From positions 5,065 to 69,064 of the forward strand of contig CACJYB010000002.1 of assembly GCA_902597515.1 (NCBI GenBank): a stretch of 64,000 nucleotides of DNA, read 5' to 3'. Each line of letters begins with the position of its first letter. The first letter of the stretch is position 1. A program made the position numbers and the translations under genes. This document shows, one piece after another, positions 28,887 to 38,134 of this stretch. The DNA comes from an uncultured Pelagibacteraceae bacterium (GTDB lineage Bacteria; Pseudomonadota; Alphaproteobacteria; Pelagibacterales; Pelagibacteraceae). The notes beneath the pieces were generated by a model. The model searched no databases. It worked only from the letters and a program-made list of their open reading frames with translations, and was not told where the DNA came from.

Positions 28887-31208
28887 ATGAGCGACTCAAT
28901 CAGCAGTAAAATTAAAAATAAAATAAGCGAAGACTTATCACCAACTAGAAATATTACTGGTTTTCATTTAAAAATTGTTTCAGCAATAGCAATTATTTGG
29001 TCACTATTTCAACTTTGGTACGCTTCACCATTTCCATTTATGCTTAATTTTGGAATGTTTAAGGGATTGCCAGCAAGAGCAATTCATTTAGGTTTTGCTT
29101 TAACTCTAGCCTTTTTAATTTACCCAATCTCAAAAGGTAAGAAAATTTCGTTTTTTGATGTTTTGATCAGTTTTATGGGAGCGATATCGTGTCTTTATAT
29201 TTATTTTTTTTATGATCAGTTGGTTGAAAGAGGGGGTGTTCTTTTAAATCTGAAGATATCAGAAACATTAAATTTTCCATTAGAATTGATTTTAGGAGGA
29301 TGTGGAATTTTAATTCTTTTAGAGGCCACCAGAAGAGCAATTGGTTTACCTTTGGTAATTATAGCTAGTTGTTTTCTGTTGTTTTCATACTTTGGAAGGT
29401 ATGCACCTGAAATAATTTCTCATGGTGGTTTGTCTTTAAATAGACTTGTAGGCTTCCAGTGGCTTGATCAAGAAGCAATTTTTGGAATTCCAATTGGGGT
29501 ATCAGTAGATTTTATTTTCCTATTTGTTTTATTTGGCGCTTTGCTTGAAACTGCTGGTGGTGGAAAATATTTTTTAGATCTTGCTTTTGCAATGGTTGGA
29601 AAAATGAGAGGAGGACCTGCAAAGGCAGCAATATTAGGCTCAGGTATGACTGGATTAATTTCGGGATCTTCAATTGCAAACACAGTTACTACTGGAACTT
29701 TTACAATTCCAATTATGAAAAAAACTGGTTTTTCAAAAGAAAAAGCTGGTGCTATCGAGGTTTCCTCATCAGTCAATGGTCAGATCATGCCACCTGTCAT
29801 GGGCGCGGCTGCATTCGTAATGGCAAGTTTTATTGGTGTAACTTACTTTGAAATAGTTAAACATGCTTTCTTACCAGCAATTATTTCTTACATAGCATTA
29901 TTTTATATTTCACATTTAGAAGCTTTAAAATTAAATCTCAAAGGAATGGATGATGCAGATGTTCCTCATTTAAAAAAAACTTTTTTATCTGGGATACATT
30001 TTTTAATACCAATTTTTGTTTTAATTTATACTTTGGTTTATTTAAGATTTACTGCCTCATATTCAATTTTTTATGCAACCATTACTTTGGTTTTAGTCAA
30101 TTTGATAAATTTGTTAATTAAAAATGAAATTAAAAAAGATGCTCTTAAAGAATGGTTTAATCAAACAATAGTTGGTTTTGAAAAAGGCGCTTTAAATATG
30201 GTTGCTGTTGGTATAGCGATTGCAACTGCAGGAATTATTGTTGGTGCAGTTGGCTCGACAGGCCTAAGTACTAATTTAATAATAGTTATAGAATCTATAG
30301 CTAAAGATAACGTTACTATATTATTATTTTTAACAATTATTTTGTGCTTACTTTTAGGAATGGGTTTGCCAACAACGGCAAATTATGTTGTTGTTGCTTC
30401 TTTAATGGCGACTGTCTTGGTGGATGTTGGGAATGCCTCAGGTTTTATTTTTCCGTTAATTGCGGTTCATTTATTTGTCTTTTATTTTGGCTTAATGGCT
30501 GATGTAACGCCACCAGTGGGACTTGCCTCTTATGCAGCTGCAGGAATATCTGGTGGAGATCCCTTAAGAACAGGGGTGCAAGCTTTTTGGTATAGTTTAA
30601 GAACAGGAATTTTGCCGATTGTATTCTTATTTAATCATGAACTTTTACTTATTGGTATTGAAAATATTTGGCATGGATTGATTGTAATTATAACTTCTTT
30701 AATTGGGATTTTAGTATTTACCTCAGCCACTCAAGGATGGTTTATTAATAAACTTAAATGGTATGAAATAATTATTTTTTTAGTAATTTCTATTTCCTTG
30801 TTATCACCCGACTTTGTTTTAAATAAATTTTATCCAAAATATAATTATGAGGAAATTACTAAAATTAATTCAATGAAATTAGACTCAACAAAAGAAATTC
30901 AAATTAAAATAACAAGGCCTAGTTTATACGGAGAAAGATATAAGTTATTTGTGATATCAAAAAATACTTTTGAAGATAAATTTACTTTAGAGGACTATGG
31001 AATTACATTAATGAAACAGGATGATAAAGTTGTTGTTGATAATTTGAAATGGAATGGAGAAGCTAAAAAAAGTGGTTTTGAAATGGGAGACTATATAAGT
31101 GAATTTAAAATTGAAAATTCAGATAGACCATCCAAAAATATCGTTTATCCTATAGCAATATTATTGTTAGTAGTATTTGGCTACTTTAACTTAAAAAGAA
31201 AAGAGTAA
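28887..31208 (+). CDS. TRAP transporter fused 4TM/12TM permease
   Basis: GGPAKAA, GQIMPPVMGAAAF, GMGLPTTANY, TPPVGLA. Confidence 0.93.
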   Translation: MSDSISSKIKNKISEDLSPTRNITGFHLKIVSAIAIIWSLFQLWYASPFPFMLNFGMFKGLPARAIHLGFALTLAFLIYPISKGKKISFFDVLISFMGAISCLYIYFFYDQLVERGGVLLNLKISETLNFPLELILGGCGILILLEATRRAIGLPLVIIASCFLLFSYFGRYAPEIISHGGLSLNRLVGFQWLDQEAIFGIPIGVSVDFIFLFVLFGALLETAGGGKYFLDLAFAMVGKMRGGPAKAAILGSGMTGLISGSSIANTVTTGTFTIPIMKKTGFSKEKAGAIEVSSSVNGQIMPPVMGAAAFVMASFIGVTYFEIVKHAFLPAIISYIALFYISHLEALKLNLKGMDDADVPHLKKTFLSGIHFLIPIFVLIYTLVYLRFTASYSIFYATITLVLVNLINLLIKNEIKKDALKEWFNQTIVGFEKGALNMVAVGIAIATAGIIVGAVGSTGLSTNLIIVIESIAKDNVTILLFLTIILCLLLGMGLPTTANYVVVASLMATVLVDVGNASGFIFPLIAVHLFVFYFGLMADVTPPVGLASYAAAGISGGDPLRTGVQAFWYSLRTGILPIVFLFNHELLLIGIENIWHGLIVIITSLIGILVFTSATQGWFINKLKWYEIIIFLVISISLLSPDFVLNKFYPKYNYEEITKINSMKLDSTKEIQIKITRPSLYGERYKLFVISKNTFEDKFTLEDYGITLMKQDDKVVVDNLKWNGEAKKSGFEMGDYISEFKIENSDRPSKNIVYPIAILLLVVFGYFNLKRKE

Positions 31209-31210
31209 AA

Positions 31211-31636
31211 TTACCCACCTGGACCTAAATTAGAAGGCTTTATTTTAATAATTTTCCATACTCCAGACGCAGAGGTAATTATTTTATCATTACACTTTAG
31301 CTCACAAAATAAAAACACAAGAGTATTCGTTTTTTTTAAAATTTTTGTATGTCCAATAATTTCATCTCCAACTTTTGAAGCGCCTATAAATTTTATATCT
31401 AAGGAGATAGTTACACATGGAGCATTTCCTGCAGCTCTATGTGCGGCTGTTCCTGCTCCTGCATCTATTAAAGCAGATAAATAACCCCCATGAGTTATTC
31501 CAGCAGCATTTAAATGATTTTCATTAATTATAGATTTAAATTCATATTCATTTTCTGAAATAGCCCTAAATAAAACACCTCCATTGTGTTTCATAAATCC
31601 AGGTTTAATACTTATTTGCTCAAATTCTTTGCTCAT
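31211..31636 (-). CDS. PaaI-family thioesterase
   Basis: HLNAAGITHGG...LID hot-dog motif. Confidence 0.88.
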   Translation of the reverse strand: MSKEFEQISIKPGFMKHNGGVLFRAISENEYEFKSIINENHLNAAGITHGGYLSALIDAGAGTAAHRAAGNAPCVTISLDIKFIGASKVGDEIIGHTKILKKTNTLVFLFCELKCNDKIITSASGVWKIIKIKPSNLGPGG

Positions 31637-31642
31637 AATTTT

Positions 31643-31741
31643 TTATAATACAAAAGTTAAAATTAATAAAATAATAAAAATAATTATAAAAAAATAAATT
31701 ACTGATTTTTGTAAAGATGCTTTTAAAAGCCAATCAAACAT
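31643..31741 (-). CDS. 32-aa single-TM small protein directly downstream of tRNA-Arg
   Basis: MFDWLLKASLQKSVIYFFIIIFIILLILTFVL; SD-like AAGG about 8 nt upstream; fills the gap to the PaaI gene. Confidence 0.5.
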   Translation of the reverse strand: MFDWLLKASLQKSVIYFFIIIFIILLILTFVL

Positions 31742-31755
31742 TTTCATTTCCTTTT

Positions 31756-31832
31756 TGGTGGACCGCCCAGAACTCGAATCTGGAATCTCCCGGTTCGTAG
31801 CCGAGCGCCTTATCCAATTTGGCCAGCGGTCC
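31756..31832 (-). tRNA. tRNA-Arg(ACG)
   Basis: GGACCGC/GCGGTCC acceptor stem, CTCGG-CT-ACG-AA-CCGGG, TTCGA loop, encoded CCA. Confidence 0.95.
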
Positions 31833-31989
31833 TCAAATTGCTTTTCTAAATATACCAAAGTTACTGCATTTTTTGATTTTATTAACAAATTTTGTTAAAT
31901 AAAAATACAGCTTTGCACAAAAAGTCTAATTAATGTGCTAAAATAACATTAAACATACTTTTATATGGGTATATAAACCCTTTTTAAAA

Positions 31990-34900
31990 ATGAGTGAAAA
32001 AATACTTGTACCTGACATTGGTGACTTTGAAAATGTTGAGGTTATAGAGATACTTGTAAAATCTGGTGATCAAATTAAAGAAAATGATCCGATAGTCACA
32101 ATTGAAAGTGACAAATCAAGTGTTGAAATTCCTTCTACTGTTTCTGGAAAAGTAGATAATGTAGCAGTTAAAGTTGGTGATAAAGTTTCTAAGGGAGATT
32201 TATTGCTCAATCTTACATCATCATCAAAAACATCATCTGAAAACACTCTTCCAAAAGATACAGAAAATATAATTAAACAAGCTGAAGAAGCAATGGCTGA
32301 AAAAAAAGAGGAAAAAAAAATTATATCTGAACCTATAATTGAAAAAAAACAATCCACAATTCAAGTAGTTAATGGGGCTGATATTGATCCACTTGAAACT
32401 CAAGATTGGTTAGAGTCTTTATCTGCAGTTATTTCGAAAGATGGAAATCACAGAGCCCATTTTTTAATAAAAGAATTAATTAATAAAGCTTATCGTGAAG
32501 GAGCAAATATTCCTTATACTCAAAATACACCATACATTAACACAATACCTCCTGAGTCTGAAGTAAAGTCTGGTGGCGATCAAAATATTGAAAGAAGAAT
32601 TAGATCGTTGATTAGATGGAATGCGGCAGCAATGGTAGTTCGAGCAAATAAAAAATATCCTGAGCTTGGTGGACACATTGGTACATTTGCTTCTGCTGCA
32701 ACATTATATGATGTTGGGATGAATCATTTTTGGAGAGCAAAAAATAACAAATTTGGAGGAGATTTAATTTATTTTCAAGGACATAGTGCTCCAGGAATGT
32801 ATGCAAGAGCTTTCTTGGAAGGTAGATTAAATGAAAAACAATTAGATAGTTTCAGACAGGAGGTAAAACCTGGGGGTCTATCGTCGTATCCACATCCATG
32901 GCTAATGCCAAATTTTTGGCAGTTCCCCACTGTATCCATGGGGTTAGGTCCTATGCTTGCTATATATCAAGCTAGATACATGAAATATTTAATCAATAGA
33001 GGTTTGATTAAAGATGAAGGAAGAAAAGTATGGGCCTTTTTAGGCGATGGGGAGATGGATGAGCCTGAGTCAATGGGAGCTATTGGATTAGCTGCTAGAG
33101 AAAATTTAGATAATTTAATATTTGTAATAAATTGTAATCTTCAAAGATTAGATGGTCCCGTTAGAGGTAATGGAAAAATTATTCAAGAGCTTGAGGGAAG
33201 TTTCAGAGGATCTGGCTGGAATGTAATTAAAGTTATTTGGGGGTCATATTGGGATTCGTTGCTTGCTAATGATAAAACTGGTCACTTAATAAAAATTATG
33301 AACGAGACAGTAGATGGTGAGTACCAAGCAATGAAAGCAAGAGACGGTGCTTATGTAAGAGAAAAGTTTTTTGGGAAATCTCCTGAAGCATTAGAATTAG
33401 TTTCAAGCATGTCAGATACAGATATTTGGAGACTTAATAGAGGTGGTCACGATCCTCACAAAGTTTTTGCTGCATACGATAAAGCGACTAAACATCAAGG
33501 AAGCCCAACAGTGATAATTGCAAAAACTATTAAAGGATATGGAATGGGAAAATCAGGAGAAAGTGTAAATACTACTCATCAAACGAAAAAATTAGATGTT
33601 GATGACTTGATGTATTATAGAGATCGATTTGATGTTCCCTTAACAGATGAACAAGTGAGAAATATTGAATACTTTAGGCCTGACGAAAAATCTCCAGAAA
33701 TAAAATACATAAAAGATAGAAGAATTAAATTAGGTGGATATTTACCCGAACGTTCGACTTTCGCTAAACCAATCAAAGCACCCTCAAAAGATATTTTCGA
33801 TTTCATGAAAGTATCAACTGGAGAAAAAGAAATGTCTACTACTATGGCACTTGTGAGAATGTTAACTAATTTATTAAGAGATAAAAATATATCTCCTAGA
33901 CTGGTTCCTATAATTCCTGACGAAGCAAGAACGTTTGGCATGGAAGGATTTTTTCAAAAAATAGGGATTTATGCTCATGAAGGACAAAAATATGAACCTG
34001 AGGATGCAGCTCAATTAAGTTCTTATAGAGAAGACAAAAGTGGTCAAGTTTTAGAGGAAGGTATCAATGAAGCGGGTGCTATGTCTTCATGGATTGCTGC
34101 TGCCACTGCATATACTAATCACGATATCGAAATGATTCCAATTTATATTTTTTATTCAATGTTTGGTTTCCAAAGAATAGGAGATCTAGCTTGGGCAGCC
34201 GGGGATAGTCAGGCTAGAGGATTTTTGGTAGGTGCAACAGCTGGAAGAACAACATTAGCTGGAGAAGGCTTACAACACCAGGATGGCCATAGTCATTTAA
34301 TCGCATCAACTATTCCAAATTGTGTAACTTATGATCCTACATTTCATTATGAATTAGCGGTAATTTTTCGAGAAGGTCTAAGAAGAATGCATGAAAAAAA
34401 TGAGAATGTTTTTTATTATATTACAACAATGAATGAAAATTACTCACACCCAGAAATGCCAAAAGATAAAAATTGTGAGGAAGGCATTTTAAAGGGCATG
34501 TATAAAATAAAAGAATTTAACAAATACAAAAAAACTAAAATCCAACTTTTAGGATCAGGAACAATCTTAAGAGAAATGATTTCTGCTGCAGAGATTTTAC
34601 AAAATGATTATCAAATTGACAGTGAGATATGGAGTGTAACAAGTTTTAATGAATTAAGAAAAGATGGAATGGAGGTAGAAAGATTTAATCTTTTGAATCC
34701 TGATAAAGAACCTAAAAAATCTTATGTTGAGCAGTGCCTGGGCCAAACAGAGGGCCCAATTATGGCTGCATCTGATTATATGAGAATGAATTCAGATCAA
34801 ATAAGACCTTATACTAATAAAAGCTTTTATTCATTAGGAGCAGATGGTTTTGGAAGAAGTGATACAAGAAAAAATTTAAGAAAATTTTTTGAGGTAGATA

Positions 34901-35028
34901 AAGAACATTTGGTTGCTTATGGTTTAAGTATTTTAGCAAAAGAACAGCTTATTACTTCCAAACATGCAAAAGATGCAATGAAGAAGTATAATATTGACAC
35001 CAACAAACCAATGCCAACAAAATTATAA
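31990..35028 (+). CDS. aceE: Pyruvate dehydrogenase E1 (homodimeric type) with N-terminal lipoyl domain
   Basis: IESDKSSVE lipoyl motif; DIDPLETQDWLES, QFPTVSMGLGP, GDGEMDEPES, PDEARTFG. Confidence 0.97.
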   Translation: MSEKILVPDIGDFENVEVIEILVKSGDQIKENDPIVTIESDKSSVEIPSTVSGKVDNVAVKVGDKVSKGDLLLNLTSSSKTSSENTLPKDTENIIKQAEEAMAEKKEEKKIISEPIIEKKQSTIQVVNGADIDPLETQDWLESLSAVISKDGNHRAHFLIKELINKAYREGANIPYTQNTPYINTIPPESEVKSGGDQNIERRIRSLIRWNAAAMVVRANKKYPELGGHIGTFASAATLYDVGMNHFWRAKNNKFGGDLIYFQGHSAPGMYARAFLEGRLNEKQLDSFRQEVKPGGLSSYPHPWLMPNFWQFPTVSMGLGPMLAIYQARYMKYLINRGLIKDEGRKVWAFLGDGEMDEPESMGAIGLAARENLDNLIFVINCNLQRLDGPVRGNGKIIQELEGSFRGSGWNVIKVIWGSYWDSLLANDKTGHLIKIMNETVDGEYQAMKARDGAYVREKFFGKSPEALELVSSMSDTDIWRLNRGGHDPHKVFAAYDKATKHQGSPTVIIAKTIKGYGMGKSGESVNTTHQTKKLDVDDLMYYRDRFDVPLTDEQVRNIEYFRPDEKSPEIKYIKDRRIKLGGYLPERSTFAKPIKAPSKDIFDFMKVSTGEKEMSTTMALVRMLTNLLRDKNISPRLVPIIPDEARTFGMEGFFQKIGIYAHEGQKYEPEDAAQLSSYREDKSGQVLEEGINEAGAMSSWIAAATAYTNHDIEMIPIYIFYSMFGFQRIGDLAWAAGDSQARGFLVGATAGRTTLAGEGLQHQDGHSHLIASTIPNCVTYDPTFHYELAVIFREGLRRMHEKNENVFYYITTMNENYSHPEMPKDKNCEEGILKGMYKIKEFNKYKKTKIQLLGSGTILREMISAAEILQNDYQIDSEIWSVTSFNELRKDGMEVERFNLLNPDKEPKKSYVEQCLGQTEGPIMAASDYMRMNSDQIRPYTNKSFYSLGADGFGRSDTRKNLRKFFEVDKEHLVAYGLSILAKEQLITSKHAKDAMKKYNIDTNKPMPTKL

Positions 35029-36290
35029 TGTCAGAAACTGAGATTAAAGTACCTAATATTGGAGATTTTAAAGATGTTGAGGTTATTGAGGTATTAGTTA
35101 CCGAAGGTCAATTAATTAAAAAAAACGATGCCCTAATAACAATTGAAAGTGATAAATCTAGCGTAGAAATACCATCAAATTTAGAAGGTAAAATTAAAAA
35201 TTTAAAAATAATAGTAGGAGACAAAGTTTCTGAGGGCGACTTAATTTTAACTATAGAAAGTGATTCAGAAGTTAAAAAGGAAGAGATTAAAGAGAAACCA
35301 GAAATTGAAAAATTGTCAAAAAATATTGAGGTAATAAAACCTGAAATCCAAGAAAAAACATTTTCTAAAAATAATATTTCAGACATTTCGTCTGCAAGTC
35401 CAAAAGCTAGAAAATTTGCAAGAGAACTTGGAGTAGATATTAATCAAGTAGCAGGAAGTCAGAAAGATGGCAGAGTTGTTGAAGATGATATTAAAAAATT
35501 TGTTTCATCTAATTCAAAAAACAACGTTGTAGTAAAAGATAGTAAACCAGATAAAATTAAAAACGAATTTGAACATTCTGATTTTGGTGAAATAGAAATT
35601 AAAGACATACCAAGAGTAAAAAAATTATCATCAAAATATCTTACAAATTCATGGACAACAATTCCTCATGTTACAAATCATGATGAAGCCGACATAACGG
35701 AGATGGAAAGTTTTAGAAGTTCATTAACAGATATGTATACTGGAGAAAAAATTAAAATTACACCTCTAGCATTTATAATAAAGGCTTTAGTTGCATCTCT
35801 AAAGAAATTTCCTAGCTTTAATTCCTCTATTGATGAAATCGAGACTGGAAAAATGACTTTAAAAAAATATTACCATATTGGGATAGCAGTTGATACGCCA
35901 AATGGATTAATGGTTCCAAAAATAAGAAATGCAAATAACAAAAAAATTTCTCTGATAAGCAAAGAGTTAAAAGAGGTAAGTGAACTTTGTAGAAATTTAA
36001 AAATTGATAAAAAAGAATTGTTTGGTGGCTCGATGACGATTACGAGTTTAGGTGGTATAGGAGGTTCATTTTTTACTCCTATAATTAATTATCCTGAAGT
36101 TGCTATATTAGGAGTAGGAAGATCAGAAAAAAAACAAATTTTTATGAATGGAAAGTTTCAAACTAGGACTATGCTGCCAATTTCTTTATCTTATGATCAC
36201 AGAATTATTGATGGTGCAGAAGCAGCTAGGTTTAATAATGATCTAAAAGAAAACTTAGGCAAGAATTTTGCCTATAAACTAGCTGTCTAA
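35028..36290 (+). CDS. aceF: Dihydrolipoamide acetyltransferase E2
   Basis: One lipoyl domain, ASPKARKFARELG, DHRIIDGA. Confidence 0.95.
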   Translation: MSETEIKVPNIGDFKDVEVIEVLVTEGQLIKKNDALITIESDKSSVEIPSNLEGKIKNLKIIVGDKVSEGDLILTIESDSEVKKEEIKEKPEIEKLSKNIEVIKPEIQEKTFSKNNISDISSASPKARKFARELGVDINQVAGSQKDGRVVEDDIKKFVSSNSKNNVVVKDSKPDKIKNEFEHSDFGEIEIKDIPRVKKLSSKYLTNSWTTIPHVTNHDEADITEMESFRSSLTDMYTGEKIKITPLAFIIKALVASLKKFPSFNSSIDEIETGKMTLKKYYHIGIAVDTPNGLMVPKIRNANNKKISLISKELKEVSELCRNLKIDKKELFGGSMTITSLGGIGGSFFTPIINYPEVAILGVGRSEKKQIFMNGKFQTRTMLPISLSYDHRIIDGAEAARFNNDLKENLGKNFAYKLAV

Positions 36291-36296
36291 TTAAAA

Positions 36297-37190
36297 ATGA
36301 GTAAATCCATATCATTATTAAGTGCCTTATTGTGCACTTTTATTTGGGGTACAACTTTTATTGCCCAAGATACGGGCATGGATAATATTGGCCCTTTTAC
36401 ATTTAATGCTGTGAGGTTTTTTGTTGGTTTTCTGGCCATAATTCCACTTATGATTTTATTTGAATTAAAAAATTTTAAATCAGAATTTAAATTAGATAAA
36501 AAAACTTTCATAATTTATTCATTATTAATTGGAATTTCTTTATTCTTAGGCTCAGCACTACAACAAGTTGCTTTACTTTATACAGATGTTGCAAATGCTG
36601 CTTTTTTTACAATTTTTTATGTACCAATGGTACCGATTATCATTTTTATGTTTGGTAAAAAATCAATGCATTGGAGTGTATGGCCTTCTGTAGTTCTATG
36701 TTTAATTGGAGGATATTTATTAACAAATTTTCATGATGCAACAGTTAGATTAGGAGATACTTTAGTTGTTCTTGGAGCTTTATTTTGGAGCACTCATATA
36801 ATTTTTACTGGGATCATTATAACTAAATACAATCTTCCACTCACCTTAGGAGCTGCGCAGACTTTAATTGTGGCTATTTTTTCATTTATAATTGGAATTA
36901 TTTATGAAGAATTTATTTTCAGTAATATTTTAATGGAAATTTATTCAATTTTATATGCAGGTATATTATCTGGTGGATTTGCATTTGTATTACAAATTTA
37001 TGCCCAGCGTAATATTACTCCAGCACCTGCGGCTATAATTTTTTCTCTTGAAGGTGTATTTGCGACTGTAGCTGCTTGGTTTATTTTAAATCAAATTCTA
37101 GATGTTAATAATTTACTTGGATGCTTTTTTATTCTATGTGGAGTTCTCTTGTCTCAATTACTGCCTTTAATTAAAAAGAAATATATTTAA
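36297..37190 (+). CDS. DMT/EamA family transporter
   Basis: IWGTTFIAQ, about ten TM helices, AAIIFSLEGVFA. Confidence 0.88.
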   Translation: MSKSISLLSALLCTFIWGTTFIAQDTGMDNIGPFTFNAVRFFVGFLAIIPLMILFELKNFKSEFKLDKKTFIIYSLLIGISLFLGSALQQVALLYTDVANAAFFTIFYVPMVPIIIFMFGKKSMHWSVWPSVVLCLIGGYLLTNFHDATVRLGDTLVVLGALFWSTHIIFTGIIITKYNLPLTLGAAQTLIVAIFSFIIGIIYEEFIFSNILMEIYSILYAGILSGGFAFVLQIYAQRNITPAPAAIIFSLEGVFATVAAWFILNQILDVNNLLGCFFILCGVLLSQLLPLIKKKYI

Positions 37191-37951
37191 TAAATTAAAC
37201 TAAATAAAATCAAAGCAATTATTATTCTATAAATTACAAACGCATTCATTGAAAATTTATTTATATAAATTAAAAAGAATTTAACTGTTAGAAAAGAAAA
37301 AATAAAAGAAGATATAATTGCGATAACAACTAAGTAATTAAACTGAATTGATTGTTCAACAATATCTTTCAAGCTTAAGACACTAGCTCCAGCCAACGCT
37401 GGGATTGAAAGTAAAAAAGATATCTTACTTGAGTCTACTCTATTAAATTTTAAAATTCTCGCAGCTGTTATAGTAATTCCCGCCCTACTCACTCCAGGTA
37501 CAAGAGAGAAAATTTGAAAAATACCTATAAATATTATTGACTGAAAATTTAAATTTGACGAAATTTTTTTATCAAATCGATTTTTGTCTGAGATGTATAA
37601 AATTATTGCGAATATTAAAGTAGTCCAAGCAATGACTTCTAAATTTCTTAACTGATAAATTAAATTTGTACTATAAAGTATGTATCCAACAATTATTAAT
37701 GGAATAGATCCCAATACAATTAAATTTAAAATCCTTTTATTTTTTCTGGTATCAAACAATTCATCTTTAAAAAAATAAATTATTGCTATTAGTGAACCTA
37801 GATGGAGGCTGATATCAATAAGCAAAGAACTAGATTTAAATTCATATAACGTAGAAACTAAAATTAAATGAGCAGAAGAACTAATAGGAAGAAATTCAGA
37901 TATTCCTTGAATTGCAGAGAGAATTAAAACTTCTATAATATTTTGAAACAT
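37187..37951 (-). CDS. uppP: Undecaprenyl-diphosphate phosphatase
   Basis: QGISEFLPISSSAH, PGVSRAGIT, SFLLSIP. Confidence 0.95.
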   Translation of the reverse strand: MFQNIIEVLILSAIQGISEFLPISSSAHLILVSTLYEFKSSSLLIDISLHLGSLIAIIYFFKDELFDTRKNKRILNLIVLGSIPLIIVGYILYSTNLIYQLRNLEVIAWTTLIFAIILYISDKNRFDKKISSNLNFQSIIFIGIFQIFSLVPGVSRAGITITAARILKFNRVDSSKISFLLSIPALAGASVLSLKDIVEQSIQFNYLVVIAIISSFIFSFLTVKFFLIYINKFSMNAFVIYRIIIALILFSLIY

Positions 37952-38134
37952 TATTTCTACGTAACTTATAAAGTATTTATTTAAAACAATTCGATTTAAG
38001 CATAATAGCTATGCAAAAATTAAAAACTTGTGTATTAGAGGTAATAATTTAAAAATTAAGGTCAATATATATGACCTATTTTATGCTTTAAATACATAAA
38101 TCAAGGTATATTTTGCCGGAACTTAAATAATATT

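Noticed and set aside
31748-31888. N-terminal part of the 81-aa ORF 31643-31888
   Set aside because: It reads through tRNA-Arg; only the last 32-34 codons are a plausible gene
31913-31940. NtrC site upstream of aceE
   Set aside because: Spacing between TGCAC and GTGC is far longer than the 7 bp of the NtrC consensus
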